The translations under genes and the position numbers were made by a program. 51,682 nt of DNA from Nitrospiraceae bacterium (GTDB taxonomy: Bacteria > Nitrospirota > Nitrospiria > Nitrospirales > Nitrospiraceae), in the NCBI GenBank assembly GCA_023248355.1, contig JAHFES010000004.1:1-51682 (forward strand), read 5' to 3'. The notes under the pieces were generated by a model. The model ran no database searches, was not told the DNA's origin, and saw only the letters and a list, made by a program, of their open reading frames with translations. How positions within the stretch are numbered: position 1 is the stretch's first letter; each line of letters opens with the position of its first letter. Shown one piece after another: positions 9,941 through 18,463 of the stretch.

Positions 9941-9981
9941 GTGTTCAGAGTCCGGTTGTCAACTTGTGTAACGGAGGGTTT

Positions 9982-10911
9982 GTGCGGAATCAACGGACTC
10001 TAGCAGCCCAGGTGATGTGTTCGGGTATTGGGCTTCACTCTGGCCATCCTGTCACGGTCACGCTGGGGCCAGCTCCCCCGGACACCGGCGTCGTCTTCGT
10101 CAACCGAAACGGCAATGCAGGGGCTTTCCTTTCTGCTTCGATTGAACATCGAGTCCCGACCGAGCTCTGCACAGCTATCAGTGGAAACGGGTTCCAGGTG
10201 AAGACCATTGAGCACGTGCTCGCGGCTTTGTCAGGACTTGAAGTTGATAACGTGTATATCGATGTGACGGCTGGCGAAGTGCCGGTGATGGACGGGAGTG
10301 CCGCCCCATTTGTTCGCTTGATCCAATCTGTCGGCGTGGTCGCGCAGAGCCGTAAGCGGCCCTATTTGAAGATCATGGCGCCGCTTGAGGTTTCAGAAGG
10401 ATCGAAGCGGGTGCGGATTGAGCCATCAGCCACACCTCGTATCACGTACTCGATTCAGTACGACCATCCGCTTATTAAGACCCAGACATATGTGCATGAT
10501 TGCTCTGTGAGCGCCTTTGAGAACCATATCGCCGAGGCCAGGACATTTGGGTTTCTCCATGAGGTCCAGGCGCTGTGGGCTCGTGGGCTCGGTCAAGGTG
10601 GGACCTTAGACAACACCGTTGTGCTGTCGGAAGACGGCATCGTCAATGAATCAGGCCTACGGTTTCCCAATGAATTTGTGCGTCATAAGGTACTCGACCT
10701 TATTGGCGACTTCTCCCTTCTCGGGATGTCCTTCATCGGCCACATCGTGGCAGAGCGATCTGGGCATGCCCTCCACACCAGGCTGGTTCAGCAAATCCTC
10801 GAACAGCCAGAGAAGTGGGTGCTCCTCAATGCGGAGCCTCTCGCTGCAGAGAACCGACCCACCCCAAGCAGGTCTCGTCTCCAGCCAGCCGTTGCACTTC
10901 AGGCTTCATAA
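9982..10911 (+). CDS. lpxC: UDP-3-O-acyl-N-acetylglucosamine deacetylase
   Basis: QRTL, GIGLHSG, TIEHVLAAL, PVMDGSA, ARTFGF, EFVRHKVLDLIGD, SGHALH; GTG 9982 with SD GGAGG. Confidence 0.97.
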   Translation: MRNQRTLAAQVMCSGIGLHSGHPVTVTLGPAPPDTGVVFVNRNGNAGAFLSASIEHRVPTELCTAISGNGFQVKTIEHVLAALSGLEVDNVYIDVTAGEVPVMDGSAAPFVRLIQSVGVVAQSRKRPYLKIMAPLEVSEGSKRVRIEPSATPRITYSIQYDHPLIKTQTYVHDCSVSAFENHIAEARTFGFLHEVQALWARGLGQGGTLDNTVVLSEDGIVNESGLRFPNEFVRHKVLDLIGDFSLLGMSFIGHIVAERSGHALHTRLVQQILEQPEKWVLLNAEPLAAENRPTPSRSRLQPAVALQAS

Positions 10912-10992
10912 AGATCCACTATCTGATTATTGGAATGATGTACGCTTACCAGATCGGTAAGGCGCTGTTCTCATTTGTGAGTGGAGATGCGG

Positions 10993-11032
10993 AAAACTTA
11001 CGCCGAGAGTGAGTAGCCTCACCCTCGGCGTA
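10993..11032 (-). terminator. intrinsic terminator-like hairpin
   Basis: TACGCCGAGGGTGAG-GCTA-CTCACTCTCGGCGTA followed by AGTTTT on the minus strand. Confidence 0.7.
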
Positions 11033-11048
11033 TAAGCCATGGCGGGGA

Positions 11049-11090
11049 CTACTTCTTCTTCTTCTTCGCTGCTGCTTTCTTCGTTGCCAA
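11049..11090 (-). CDS. 13-aa Lys/Ala-rich micropeptide MATKKAAAKKKKK (not in ORF track)
   Basis: TTG start with SD-like AAGGGGGGTGA 5 nt upstream; TAG stop; terminator hairpin 16 nt downstream. Confidence 0.55.
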   Translation of the reverse strand: MATKKAAAKKKKK

Positions 11091-11139
11091 GAGTCTCACC
11101 CCCCTTCGTCGTTCGTGTTAGGTTGTAGTCACTTGATCT

Positions 11140-11652
11140 CTACACTGCCTGAATCAGCATGTCGTCCAAGGCTTCAAACGTGTTCGGGCCAACTTTCCTA
11201 AATCGCTTATCGCGCTTCAGTGAGGTCGCGACTGAGGTCAGAGGGGTCTTCCCTTTGATTTGCAAACCACCCTCCACCAGACGTTGCACAAGCTCCTTGG
11301 CATGCATCGCCCGATTGGACTCGCGAAGAATCTCGTAGGCCGCTTCTGGCACACTCTTTCTGACATACTTACTCCGTCCCAGAAGAATTTCGCGTGATTG
11401 ATCGGTCACGTCCATGACCGGAAGAGACCGGATGCCCTTGGGATCATCCGTAATCAGTTGGTTGGAGAGACTGGCTAGCTTGACCTTGTCTGCTTCGACT
11501 CGATAGAGGGTTTCAGCAAGTTCGAGGTATTTCTTAATGGTCTCAATCTCGTCGTCAAGGCGACGACGCTTCTTCTCAAGCTCTTGAAACCTGTTCTTGT
11601 AGGCGCTGATCCGCTGTTCCAGACCAACAAGAATGTCCTTTAATTCTTCCAC
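11140..11652 (-). CDS. coiled-coil + winged-helix (HARE-HTH-like) DNA-binding protein
   Basis: Heptad-rich N-terminus LEQRISAYKNRFQELEKKRRRLDDEIETIKKYL; C-terminal EAAYEILRESNRAMHAKELVQRL...GKTPLTSV...F.KVGPNTF; GTG 11652 has GGAG 6 nt upstream (ATG 11658 is an alternative). Confidence 0.8.
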   Translation of the reverse strand: MEELKDILVGLEQRISAYKNRFQELEKKRRRLDDEIETIKKYLELAETLYRVEADKVKLASLSNQLITDDPKGIRSLPVMDVTDQSREILLGRSKYVRKSVPEAAYEILRESNRAMHAKELVQRLVEGGLQIKGKTPLTSVATSLKRDKRFRKVGPNTFEALDDMLIQAV

Positions 11653-11664
11653 ATGCATCTCCAA

Positions 11665-11707
11665 AGAAGCATGCTTGCTTTATAGCATTGCTTCTAATCT
11701 ATGTCAA
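11665..11707 (-). promoter_or_regulatory. near-consensus sigma70 promoter overlapped by an inverted repeat
   Basis: TTGACA (11707-11702), 17-bp spacer, TG-C-TATAAA (11684-11679); AGAAGCATGCT...AGCATTGCTTCT flank the -10. Confidence 0.7.
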
Positions 11708-11956
11708 GCTTTAATTATTGAATAATGTATGTGTATTAATAGAGAGACCGCTACGCACAAGTAAGAAATGTATGAATCATGATGAAAAGCCTTGTAGCTA
11801 CAATGTAAAATATATCAACTGAGTATTTTCAATAACTTACATTTTTCGACTCGATTCAGGCAAGGCATCAACCATCTATTTTAGGGTTCTTGAACAGCAT
11901 GGCATTCCTGAAATGACTATCTGACTAACGCCTGTCTCGTGCTATCATTATTCAGC

Positions 11957-12784
11957 GTGACAACCCCTTCTTGTTCCAAACAACTTTCATTCGACGTTTT
12001 GCTGGAAACCGCCATAGAGGCGGGCAGACAAGCTGGGGCTATCCTCCAGAACTATGTCCGATCAGGATTTCGTATTGAGCACAAGGATCGGATCAATCTT
12101 GTGACCGATGCAGACCACGCGGCAGAACAGTGCGTCATCGATCGCATCCGCAAACAGTTCCCACGCCACCGATTCCTGGCTGAAGAGCGCGGACGAGTGG
12201 AACGGTCCCCATCACCCTATCTTTGGGTCATCGATCCACTCGACGGCACCACAAATTTCGCCCATGGATATCCTGCGTACTGTGTGTCGATCGGACTTGA
12301 ATATGAAGGGCGTTGCGTCCTTGGCGTGGTCTTCGATCCCTCACGGAATGAACTTTTCACAGCCACGCACGGCGGTGGCGCCTATTTAAATGGTCAACCC
12401 ATCCGCGTCTCCTCCACCTCCTCTCTCGAGAACAGCCTCCTCGTCACGGGCTTCGCCTATGACATTCGTGAAGCCGCAAGGAATAACCTCGATCACTTTG
12501 TGAAATTTGCACTCAAGGCTCAAGGACTGAGACGAACAGGATCAGCCGCGCTGGACTTATGTTACGTAGCGGCCGGACGGTTTGACGGCTTCTGGGAAGT
12601 GAGCCTCAACCCATGGGATATGGCGGCGGGCTCAGTGATGGTGCGTGAAGCTGGAGGACAACTCACGAACTTTCTAGGAAACGATCTCTCGATCTATGGG
12701 CAAGAATTGGTCGCAAGTAATGGACACATCCACCAGGCCATGCTGGCGGTCCTCAACGAAGGGAGCTCTCCCATGACGACGTAG
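11957..12784 (+). CDS. suhB: inositol monophosphatase family protein
   Basis: LVTDAD, FLAEE, WVIDPLDGTTNFAHG, RRTGSAALDLCYVAAGRFDGFWE, WDMAAG; start uncertain (11939 or 11957). Confidence 0.93.
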   Translation: MTTPSCSKQLSFDVLLETAIEAGRQAGAILQNYVRSGFRIEHKDRINLVTDADHAAEQCVIDRIRKQFPRHRFLAEERGRVERSPSPYLWVIDPLDGTTNFAHGYPAYCVSIGLEYEGRCVLGVVFDPSRNELFTATHGGGAYLNGQPIRVSSTSSLENSLLVTGFAYDIREAARNNLDHFVKFALKAQGLRRTGSAALDLCYVAAGRFDGFWEVSLNPWDMAAGSVMVREAGGQLTNFLGNDLSIYGQELVASNGHIHQAMLAVLNEGSSPMTT

Positions 12785-12946
12785 AACCATGGAGCATTCT
12801 TCGGAGCATTCTTCATGCCTGTCCCAAGCCCACCTCTCATTCCCCAAGCTATATGCTGCCTACGCTTTCCCGGACTCCTTGATATACATTGAGACCTTCA
12901 ATGGGGTATGCTTTTACCTACCAACCACGCGAGGAGATCCTGGATC

Positions 12947-13231
12947 ATGGCACGCGCAACACCCCCGTCTGGACAGACAAACGGAAATCCTTCCGGTGAT
13001 AATACCGCTGAGCCCGCCGCATGGGATGTTGAACTGCTCCGCGTGCTCGTCAGTCGACAAGGGACACAGGTCGATGCCCAGTGGGCTATTCATCCCCAGT
13101 TGAAACAGGATCTGTTACCCGACGAGTGGAAAGAAGTGAACGATCTCATGGCCAAAGTGACCGACATTGTCGGCAATCGATTTTCCGAAGTCCTCTCGAA
13201 TGTGGAGCCTGACCCCCCTGGTCATGCCTGA
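12947..13231 (+). CDS. hypothetical protein (94 aa)
   Basis: GAGGAG upstream of ATG 12947; globular-looking composition. Confidence 0.65.
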   Translation: MARATPPSGQTNGNPSGDNTAEPAAWDVELLRVLVSRQGTQVDAQWAIHPQLKQDLLPDEWKEVNDLMAKVTDIVGNRFSEVLSNVEPDPPGHA

Positions 13232-13299
13232 TCGTTTCGTTCCCACTCTCTGTCGCAAGCTCACTCAGCGGAACTTCTGAATCAATACAGGAGGCTCGT

Positions 13300-13632
13300 A
13301 TGGATTCGTACTACCACTCGCATGATCTCGGGAAGTTCTCAGACGTGGGGAAGGGCAATAAAGAACTCTGGGACAAGTTCATGAGCTACTACAGTGCCGT
13401 GTTTGCCGAAGGGGCCCTCACGGAGCGTGAGAAAGCTCTCATCGCGCTGGCCGTGGCCCATACCGTGCAGTGTCCTTACTGCATCGATGCCTATACACAG
13501 GCCTCGCTTGAAAAAGGGTCGAACGTTGAAGAGATGACCGAGGCCGTGCATGTTGCTTGCGCCATTCGCGGCGGGGCGTCGTTGGTCCATGGTGTGCAAA
13601 TGCGGAATGTGGCAGACAAACTCTCGATGTGA
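13300..13632 (+). CDS. carboxymuconolactone decarboxylase/AhpD-like protein (resembles the arsenosugar-associated peroxidase-like subfamily)
   Basis: GALTEREKALIALAVAHTVQCPYCIDAY, EAVHVA.AIRGGASLVHG; SD AGGAGG. Confidence 0.9.
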   Translation: MDSYYHSHDLGKFSDVGKGNKELWDKFMSYYSAVFAEGALTEREKALIALAVAHTVQCPYCIDAYTQASLEKGSNVEEMTEAVHVACAIRGGASLVHGVQMRNVADKLSM

Positions 13633-13651
13633 ACAAGTCAAACACACCGAA

Positions 13652-15511
13652 CTACAGATAGGGATTCTCGGGAATCGCCAGCGTGAAGTATTTCCCTCTC
13701 TCTTCGTAGAGAATACGGCGACTTGTCAGGGTGGCCAGCGCGGCGGTGAGTTCGTCTTCGGCGATACTTCGGTCTTTCTTCAACGCATCCAGCACTACAC
13801 GGATCTGCTCCACACTCTTCGCCGCTTCATTGCACAGTTCGATCACGCGCGCAGCTACTCCATCGTATCGTTGACGCGTCGGAGCTTTCGGATTCCGGCC
13901 ATCATAAATCGTGACGTATTCCATTGCTTTCGAGTAATACAGAAACGGCCGATCGCTCGACTTGTGCAGCCGTTGCCAACCCTCAATGGCCGTCACGAGT
14001 TCTTGATAGATATGCGGGTCCACCAGCCAGTTGTCCAACTCGTATTCGAAATCATAGGCGATCTTCTTCAGATCCACTTGGCGTCCATCATAGACATACT
14101 CATAGGCCATGCCAGGCCCGGTGATGCGGATCCCATACTCGTGCGGCCTGGTGTAGTAGGGACTAAAGCGTTCGAGCCAAAACTTGCCTGTGGCTTCGGG
14201 TGGCTGCAGATGGAGCAGTGAGGGAATCAGATCGATCTGGCGCTGGTAATCCTCATTCGTTTCTCCCGGAAATCCGAGCAAGATATTCCAGGACACCATC
14301 ACGCGATAATAGAAACTCCACTTGAGACAGATGATGTTCTGCATGGGCGTGACGCCCTTGTCTATGGCGCGAAGCTGATTGAGACTCAGACTTTCCAATC
14401 CCGGCTGCATGCATTTGACCCCTCCGACAGCCAGCGTCCGGATCTGACTCTTGTGGAGATTGCTCTTCGTCTCGATGAAGACGTCCAGGTCGCAATGGTC
14501 TGCGGCAAACTTTCCAAAGAGATTCTCGACGTACTTCATATCAATGATGTTGTCCACCAAGCGGAATCGAGCCGTGTCATACCGATGAGACAGATGGGTC
14601 ATTTCTTGCGCAACTTGCTCGGAGGATTTGGCGCGAAACTTCATACTCTGTGCGTTTAATCCACAGAACGTACAATGGTGTTTTTCACCCCACCAACAAC
14701 CGCGTGACCCTTCGTACAGCAGAATGCGATCAAGGCCCTGAGCCGCATCGCCCAGCTCAGCCAACAGATGGTAGTAATCGTCATAGTCCGGTGGGCCGGT
14801 CTTCGTGAAGTCAGAAAAGAGAGACTGGTTCGGCGTCAAGCGGATCTGATCGCCCTGTCGATAGGCCACACCATCGGGATAGCCATCCGACTTGGCATCA
14901 AGAAGACGGCGAACCAGCGCAGGGAACGTCTCTTCACCTTCGCCAACCACAACATGATCGATGAAAGGAAATGCCCGGAAATACTCCATGCCCATCTCGC
15001 CATCGTAGTTTGCCCCGCCAAAGACGATCTTGACGTTGGGATAGAGATCCTTGATCAACTTCGCCATCGTGAGGCTGGCCACGTTCTGATCGAACGTGGA
15101 GGTGAAGCCGACAAGCTTGTATTGCCCCCAATCGATGGACGTCATGGCCTGAGTCAGAAACTGTGGCGCGATGCGCGTGGACATCTCCTCGAAATACCCG
15201 ACAGGCTGTCCACTCTGCTGTGCAATCTGCTCGAAGACCGGCTTGAAAACCCGCGGATATTCGGCTCGCTTGGGATTGTCGCGGAACAGGAGGTACGAAA
15301 AGAGCCACTCGCCGAAGAGCGCTCGCTTTTCGCAGATCATTTCGTACAGCGGCACGCCGATCTTGTGAGCGAAACGGACGTTGAGATGGTGACAATCAAC
15401 GGGAATCCCTTGCGACTTGAGCAGCGCGGAGAGTGTGCCAAGCTGAATCGAGGGATACTTCGAGTAGCTGAACGGCATGTTGACGAGCGCGATCTCTGCC
15501 TTGTCGCTCAT
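13652..15511 (-). CDS. B12-binding radical SAM enzyme, RiPP-maturation C-methyltransferase type (TIGR03975-like)
   Basis: LVNMPF...PSIQLGTL, VGFTSTFDQ, IVFGGAN, GEGE cobalamin domain; SRGCWWGEKHHCTFCGLN (CX7CX2C); MQPGLESL, WNILLGFPGE, ERFSPY; helical C-terminal RRE-like tail. Confidence 0.9.
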   Translation of the reverse strand: MSDKAEIALVNMPFSYSKYPSIQLGTLSALLKSQGIPVDCHHLNVRFAHKIGVPLYEMICEKRALFGEWLFSYLLFRDNPKRAEYPRVFKPVFEQIAQQSGQPVGYFEEMSTRIAPQFLTQAMTSIDWGQYKLVGFTSTFDQNVASLTMAKLIKDLYPNVKIVFGGANYDGEMGMEYFRAFPFIDHVVVGEGEETFPALVRRLLDAKSDGYPDGVAYRQGDQIRLTPNQSLFSDFTKTGPPDYDDYYHLLAELGDAAQGLDRILLYEGSRGCWWGEKHHCTFCGLNAQSMKFRAKSSEQVAQEMTHLSHRYDTARFRLVDNIIDMKYVENLFGKFAADHCDLDVFIETKSNLHKSQIRTLAVGGVKCMQPGLESLSLNQLRAIDKGVTPMQNIICLKWSFYYRVMVSWNILLGFPGETNEDYQRQIDLIPSLLHLQPPEATGKFWLERFSPYYTRPHEYGIRITGPGMAYEYVYDGRQVDLKKIAYDFEYELDNWLVDPHIYQELVTAIEGWQRLHKSSDRPFLYYSKAMEYVTIYDGRNPKAPTRQRYDGVAARVIELCNEAAKSVEQIRVVLDALKKDRSIAEDELTAALATLTSRRILYEERGKYFTLAIPENPYL

Positions 15512-15543
15512 CTGCTGCCTCGCAACGTCATGATGGGTGGCGG

Positions 15544-15894
15544 TTAACTTGCGGTAACCCGAAACGGCTCAAATTCTCGATCGGCCTTGGCTGCTAGGTA
15601 GAAATCGCTTTCCGTGAGGCCATTGATCTTGTGCGTCCAGATTTCGACCTTGCACTTGCCCCACGCCAAATAGAGATCCGGATGGTGGCCTTCGGCCTCT
15701 GCCACAGCACCCACCGTATTCACAAAAGCCAGCGCCTGAGCGAAATCCTTGAACGTATAGAGCCGCTCCAGATGGCCTTGGACGTTCAGTGACCAGCCGC
15801 GGCCGAGTTCTTTCAACAGGGCCTCCGCACGATCGGCTGGAACAGGAGGGACACCGCCACGACAGGGAATACATTTATTATCGGCAAGGCTCAT
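15544..15894 (-). CDS. pterin-4-alpha-carbinolamine dehydratase
   Basis: CIPCRGG, FKDFAQALAFVN, AEAEGHHPDL, WTHKINGLTESDF. Confidence 0.95.
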   Translation of the reverse strand: MSLADNKCIPCRGGVPPVPADRAEALLKELGRGWSLNVQGHLERLYTFKDFAQALAFVNTVGAVAEAEGHHPDLYLAWGKCKVEIWTHKINGLTESDFYLAAKADREFEPFRVTAS

Positions 15895-15969
15895 GGTTCG
15901 CCTCCTTGGATCTAGACCAGGGCAATATTCTAAAGGGGCGATGAGCGGAGAAACAAGGCGAGAACGCGG

Positions 15970-16965
15970 CTATTCCATGTCGTCCGGAGCCCCGCCCGAT
16001 TTGGCCAAATCGTCCAGTTTGACCTTGTCTGGATTAAACTTTGCTGCGGCCTTTGCCATGCGATCGAGCGCCTCATCAAACGAGAGGGGAGGGGCGTCTT
16101 TGGGGCGGAAGCGTATTGGGTTGACTCTCGCAACCACAAAGCTTTTCAGGTAGGGACTGGTGACGCCTTTTGCCTTGAGCGCTTCGACCTGTTTCACGAT
16201 CTCATCGTCGAGTGCGAGGACCGTTCGCGCCCGTTCCCGCCGCAGTTCGATTGCCGCGCGCATGGGCTTCTTGAGAAATTCCTCCACCCGCTTCAGCACA
16301 GGATGATAGGCCCCGCCGCTGAACCGGGGCCGCTCTTCGTAACAGAGGCCGAGCGTAATGAAGGCCGGTTCTTCAAATTCCAAGGCGTAGGCCTCCTCGG
16401 TCGCCTCGTCGAGCTGCGCGAGTTCCTTGTACATTCGGATGACTTCCAGCGCCTTCTCGCGGAGGTTATGGGCCTTCTCCGTATTCAGCGCCAGGATCTG
16501 ATAGGCCGCGGTTGCCTCGGGCACCACAATCGCCACAATGCTTTTGGCTCCAAGCGTACGCATCGCGGACAGTCGATGGTTCCCGTTCGGCGTCCAGTAC
16601 TTCGCCGCATGATCGGATTTCGGGGTTCGCACCGCGATGATCGGATCGAGAAATCGGCCGATCTTCCCGATCACCGCTTCCAACTTCCTGACGTGCGTAT
16701 CGGAGAGATTCCGCTGATAGGGAGTCGGCTCAACCAATTCGATCGGCAGAGCCGCCAGCACCAGCCAGCGGCCACCGTAGGGTTCACGATAGATAGCGAG
16801 GACCTTCCCACCGTCGTATTCGATCGCCTGATGCAGGTCGGCCACGCCGCCGGGAGGAGCGGCGACTTGCAGCTCCGTCGCAGCCAAACCAGTAGAAGCA
16901 CCAGTCAGCTTGCGTCTCTTCCTTGTTCCAGATCCCCGAGGTCTTTTGGACTTCTGCTCTGCCAT
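15970..16965 (-). CDS. ParB/Srx N-terminal domain protein (non-canonical)
   Basis: PTPYQR, FLDPIIAV, TPNGNHRLSA; ATG 16965 with AGGTG upstream. Confidence 0.82.
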   Translation of the reverse strand: MAEQKSKRPRGSGTRKRRKLTGASTGLAATELQVAAPPGGVADLHQAIEYDGGKVLAIYREPYGGRWLVLAALPIELVEPTPYQRNLSDTHVRKLEAVIGKIGRFLDPIIAVRTPKSDHAAKYWTPNGNHRLSAMRTLGAKSIVAIVVPEATAAYQILALNTEKAHNLREKALEVIRMYKELAQLDEATEEAYALEFEEPAFITLGLCYEERPRFSGGAYHPVLKRVEEFLKKPMRAAIELRRERARTVLALDDEIVKQVEALKAKGVTSPYLKSFVVARVNPIRFRPKDAPPLSFDEALDRMAKAAAKFNPDKVKLDDLAKSGGAPDDME

Positions 16966-17080
16966 AACACCTATGGTAGGCAACCCTGTCACGAAAGGGA
17001 AGACCTGTGCCGCTCGCAATTCCCGCCGCGAGAATACTACACTGTCGAAGCATCACGCGCACAGAGCCAGGAACCCACCC

Positions 17081-18442
17081 TTGAGATCGAACACCACGTC
17101 GAACATGCCACCTGTCACCATCGGATGGTTCACGGCCTCCTGCGTCCTCGTCAGCAACATCATCGGGGGCGGCATCTTTACAACGACAGGATTGATGGCG
17201 AGGGAGCTCGGTGATCCCCAGCTCATTCTCCTCCTCTGGGTCATCGGCGCCTTGTTCGCCGTTGGTGGGGCGATGGTCTACGGCGAACTCGGCTCGATCT
17301 TGCCCCACGCAGGCGGTGACTATGTCTACCTGCGCGAAGCCTACGGACCACTCGTCGCCTTCCTCAGCGGATGGACCTCCTTCACCATCGGCTTCGGCGC
17401 GGCCGTGGCAGCTTCAGCCATCAGCTTTTCGTCGTATGCCCTCCGCATGATCCCGCTCGAGGGCGAGCAGGGGTGGCTTGCAAAAGGGCTGTCGCTCAGT
17501 CTGCTGTGGATCATGACGTTGGTGCATTGCCGTGGGCTGGCAACCGGCGGCCGTATGCAACTTCTGCTCACGGCCACAAAAGTCCTCGCCATCGGCGGGT
17601 TGATTTTCGGCGGGCTGTTTGCCGTGGCGGGACATTGGGACTATCTGACTGCACGACCCGTGACCGTTCAACCATCTCTTGGGGCCGCCGCCATTGCGCT
17701 CGTGATCGTCACGTACTGTTATCTTGGCTGGAACGTGGCAGGCTATATTGCCGGCGACATCGCCGATCCTGGACGGACCTTGCCCACGATCATGATCGGA
17801 GGCACGGCCTTCGTCGCAGTGATCTATGTGCTGCTGAATGTCGTCTATCTCTCGGCCTTATCGATCAGCTCGCTCGCCCAGGAACCAATCATCCCGGTCG
17901 CGGAGAAGGCCGCGGCGGCCTTGTGGGGACCATCAAGCGGTCGGCTGGTCGCAGCCATTCTTTGCCTCTCCATCGCGGGCGCGGTGAGCGCCATGACTTG
18001 GGCCGGCCCGCGCGTCTATTGGGCGATGGCGAGGGACGGCACGATTAGCCCTTGGCTGGCTCAGCTCCATCCCAGGACTGGAGTACCAGTGCGGGCGATT
18101 CTCTTTCAAAGCCTGTGGGCCTCGCTGCTCATCCTGAGCGGAACCTTCGAGCAGTTGCTCGTCTACAGCGGCCTTGTGCTGGCTCTCTTCATGGCCCTCA
18201 GTCTGTCCACGATCTTTCGCCTCCGCGCCAGGCCGGTCGATCACACCCACGCGTACCGTGCCCCGCTCTATCCGTTTTTGCCCGCTCTTCTGGTCGCCGG
18301 AGCATTCTCCTTAGTCGCCTATAGCCTGATCCAGCGCCCAACGGAATCGTTGTACGGAGCGGCGACTGTCCTGAGTGGGATTCCTCTCTATCTATTTTGG
18401 AGAAGATCGAAACCCTTGAGTTCGTCAAAACAGCTTCTATAA
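17081..18442 (+). CDS. APC-family amino acid permease
   Basis: NIIGGGIF, YGELGS.LP.AGGDYVYLREAYG, Y.GWN, GPRVYWAMARDG, many TM helices; start uncertain. Confidence 0.92.
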   Translation: MRSNTTSNMPPVTIGWFTASCVLVSNIIGGGIFTTTGLMARELGDPQLILLLWVIGALFAVGGAMVYGELGSILPHAGGDYVYLREAYGPLVAFLSGWTSFTIGFGAAVAASAISFSSYALRMIPLEGEQGWLAKGLSLSLLWIMTLVHCRGLATGGRMQLLLTATKVLAIGGLIFGGLFAVAGHWDYLTARPVTVQPSLGAAAIALVIVTYCYLGWNVAGYIAGDIADPGRTLPTIMIGGTAFVAVIYVLLNVVYLSALSISSLAQEPIIPVAEKAAAALWGPSSGRLVAAILCLSIAGAVSAMTWAGPRVYWAMARDGTISPWLAQLHPRTGVPVRAILFQSLWASLLILSGTFEQLLVYSGLVLALFMALSLSTIFRLRARPVDHTHAYRAPLYPFLPALLVAGAFSLVAYSLIQRPTESLYGAATVLSGIPLYLFWRRSKPLSSSKQLL

Positions 18443-18463
18443 GGTTGAACGCCGAGTCGCGAT

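Noticed and set aside
15970-16965. ParB-like gene as the chromosome-partition Spo0J
   Set aside because: No parA neighbour, no obvious parS palindrome noticed, and the sequence diverges from canonical ParB beyond the N-terminal domain.
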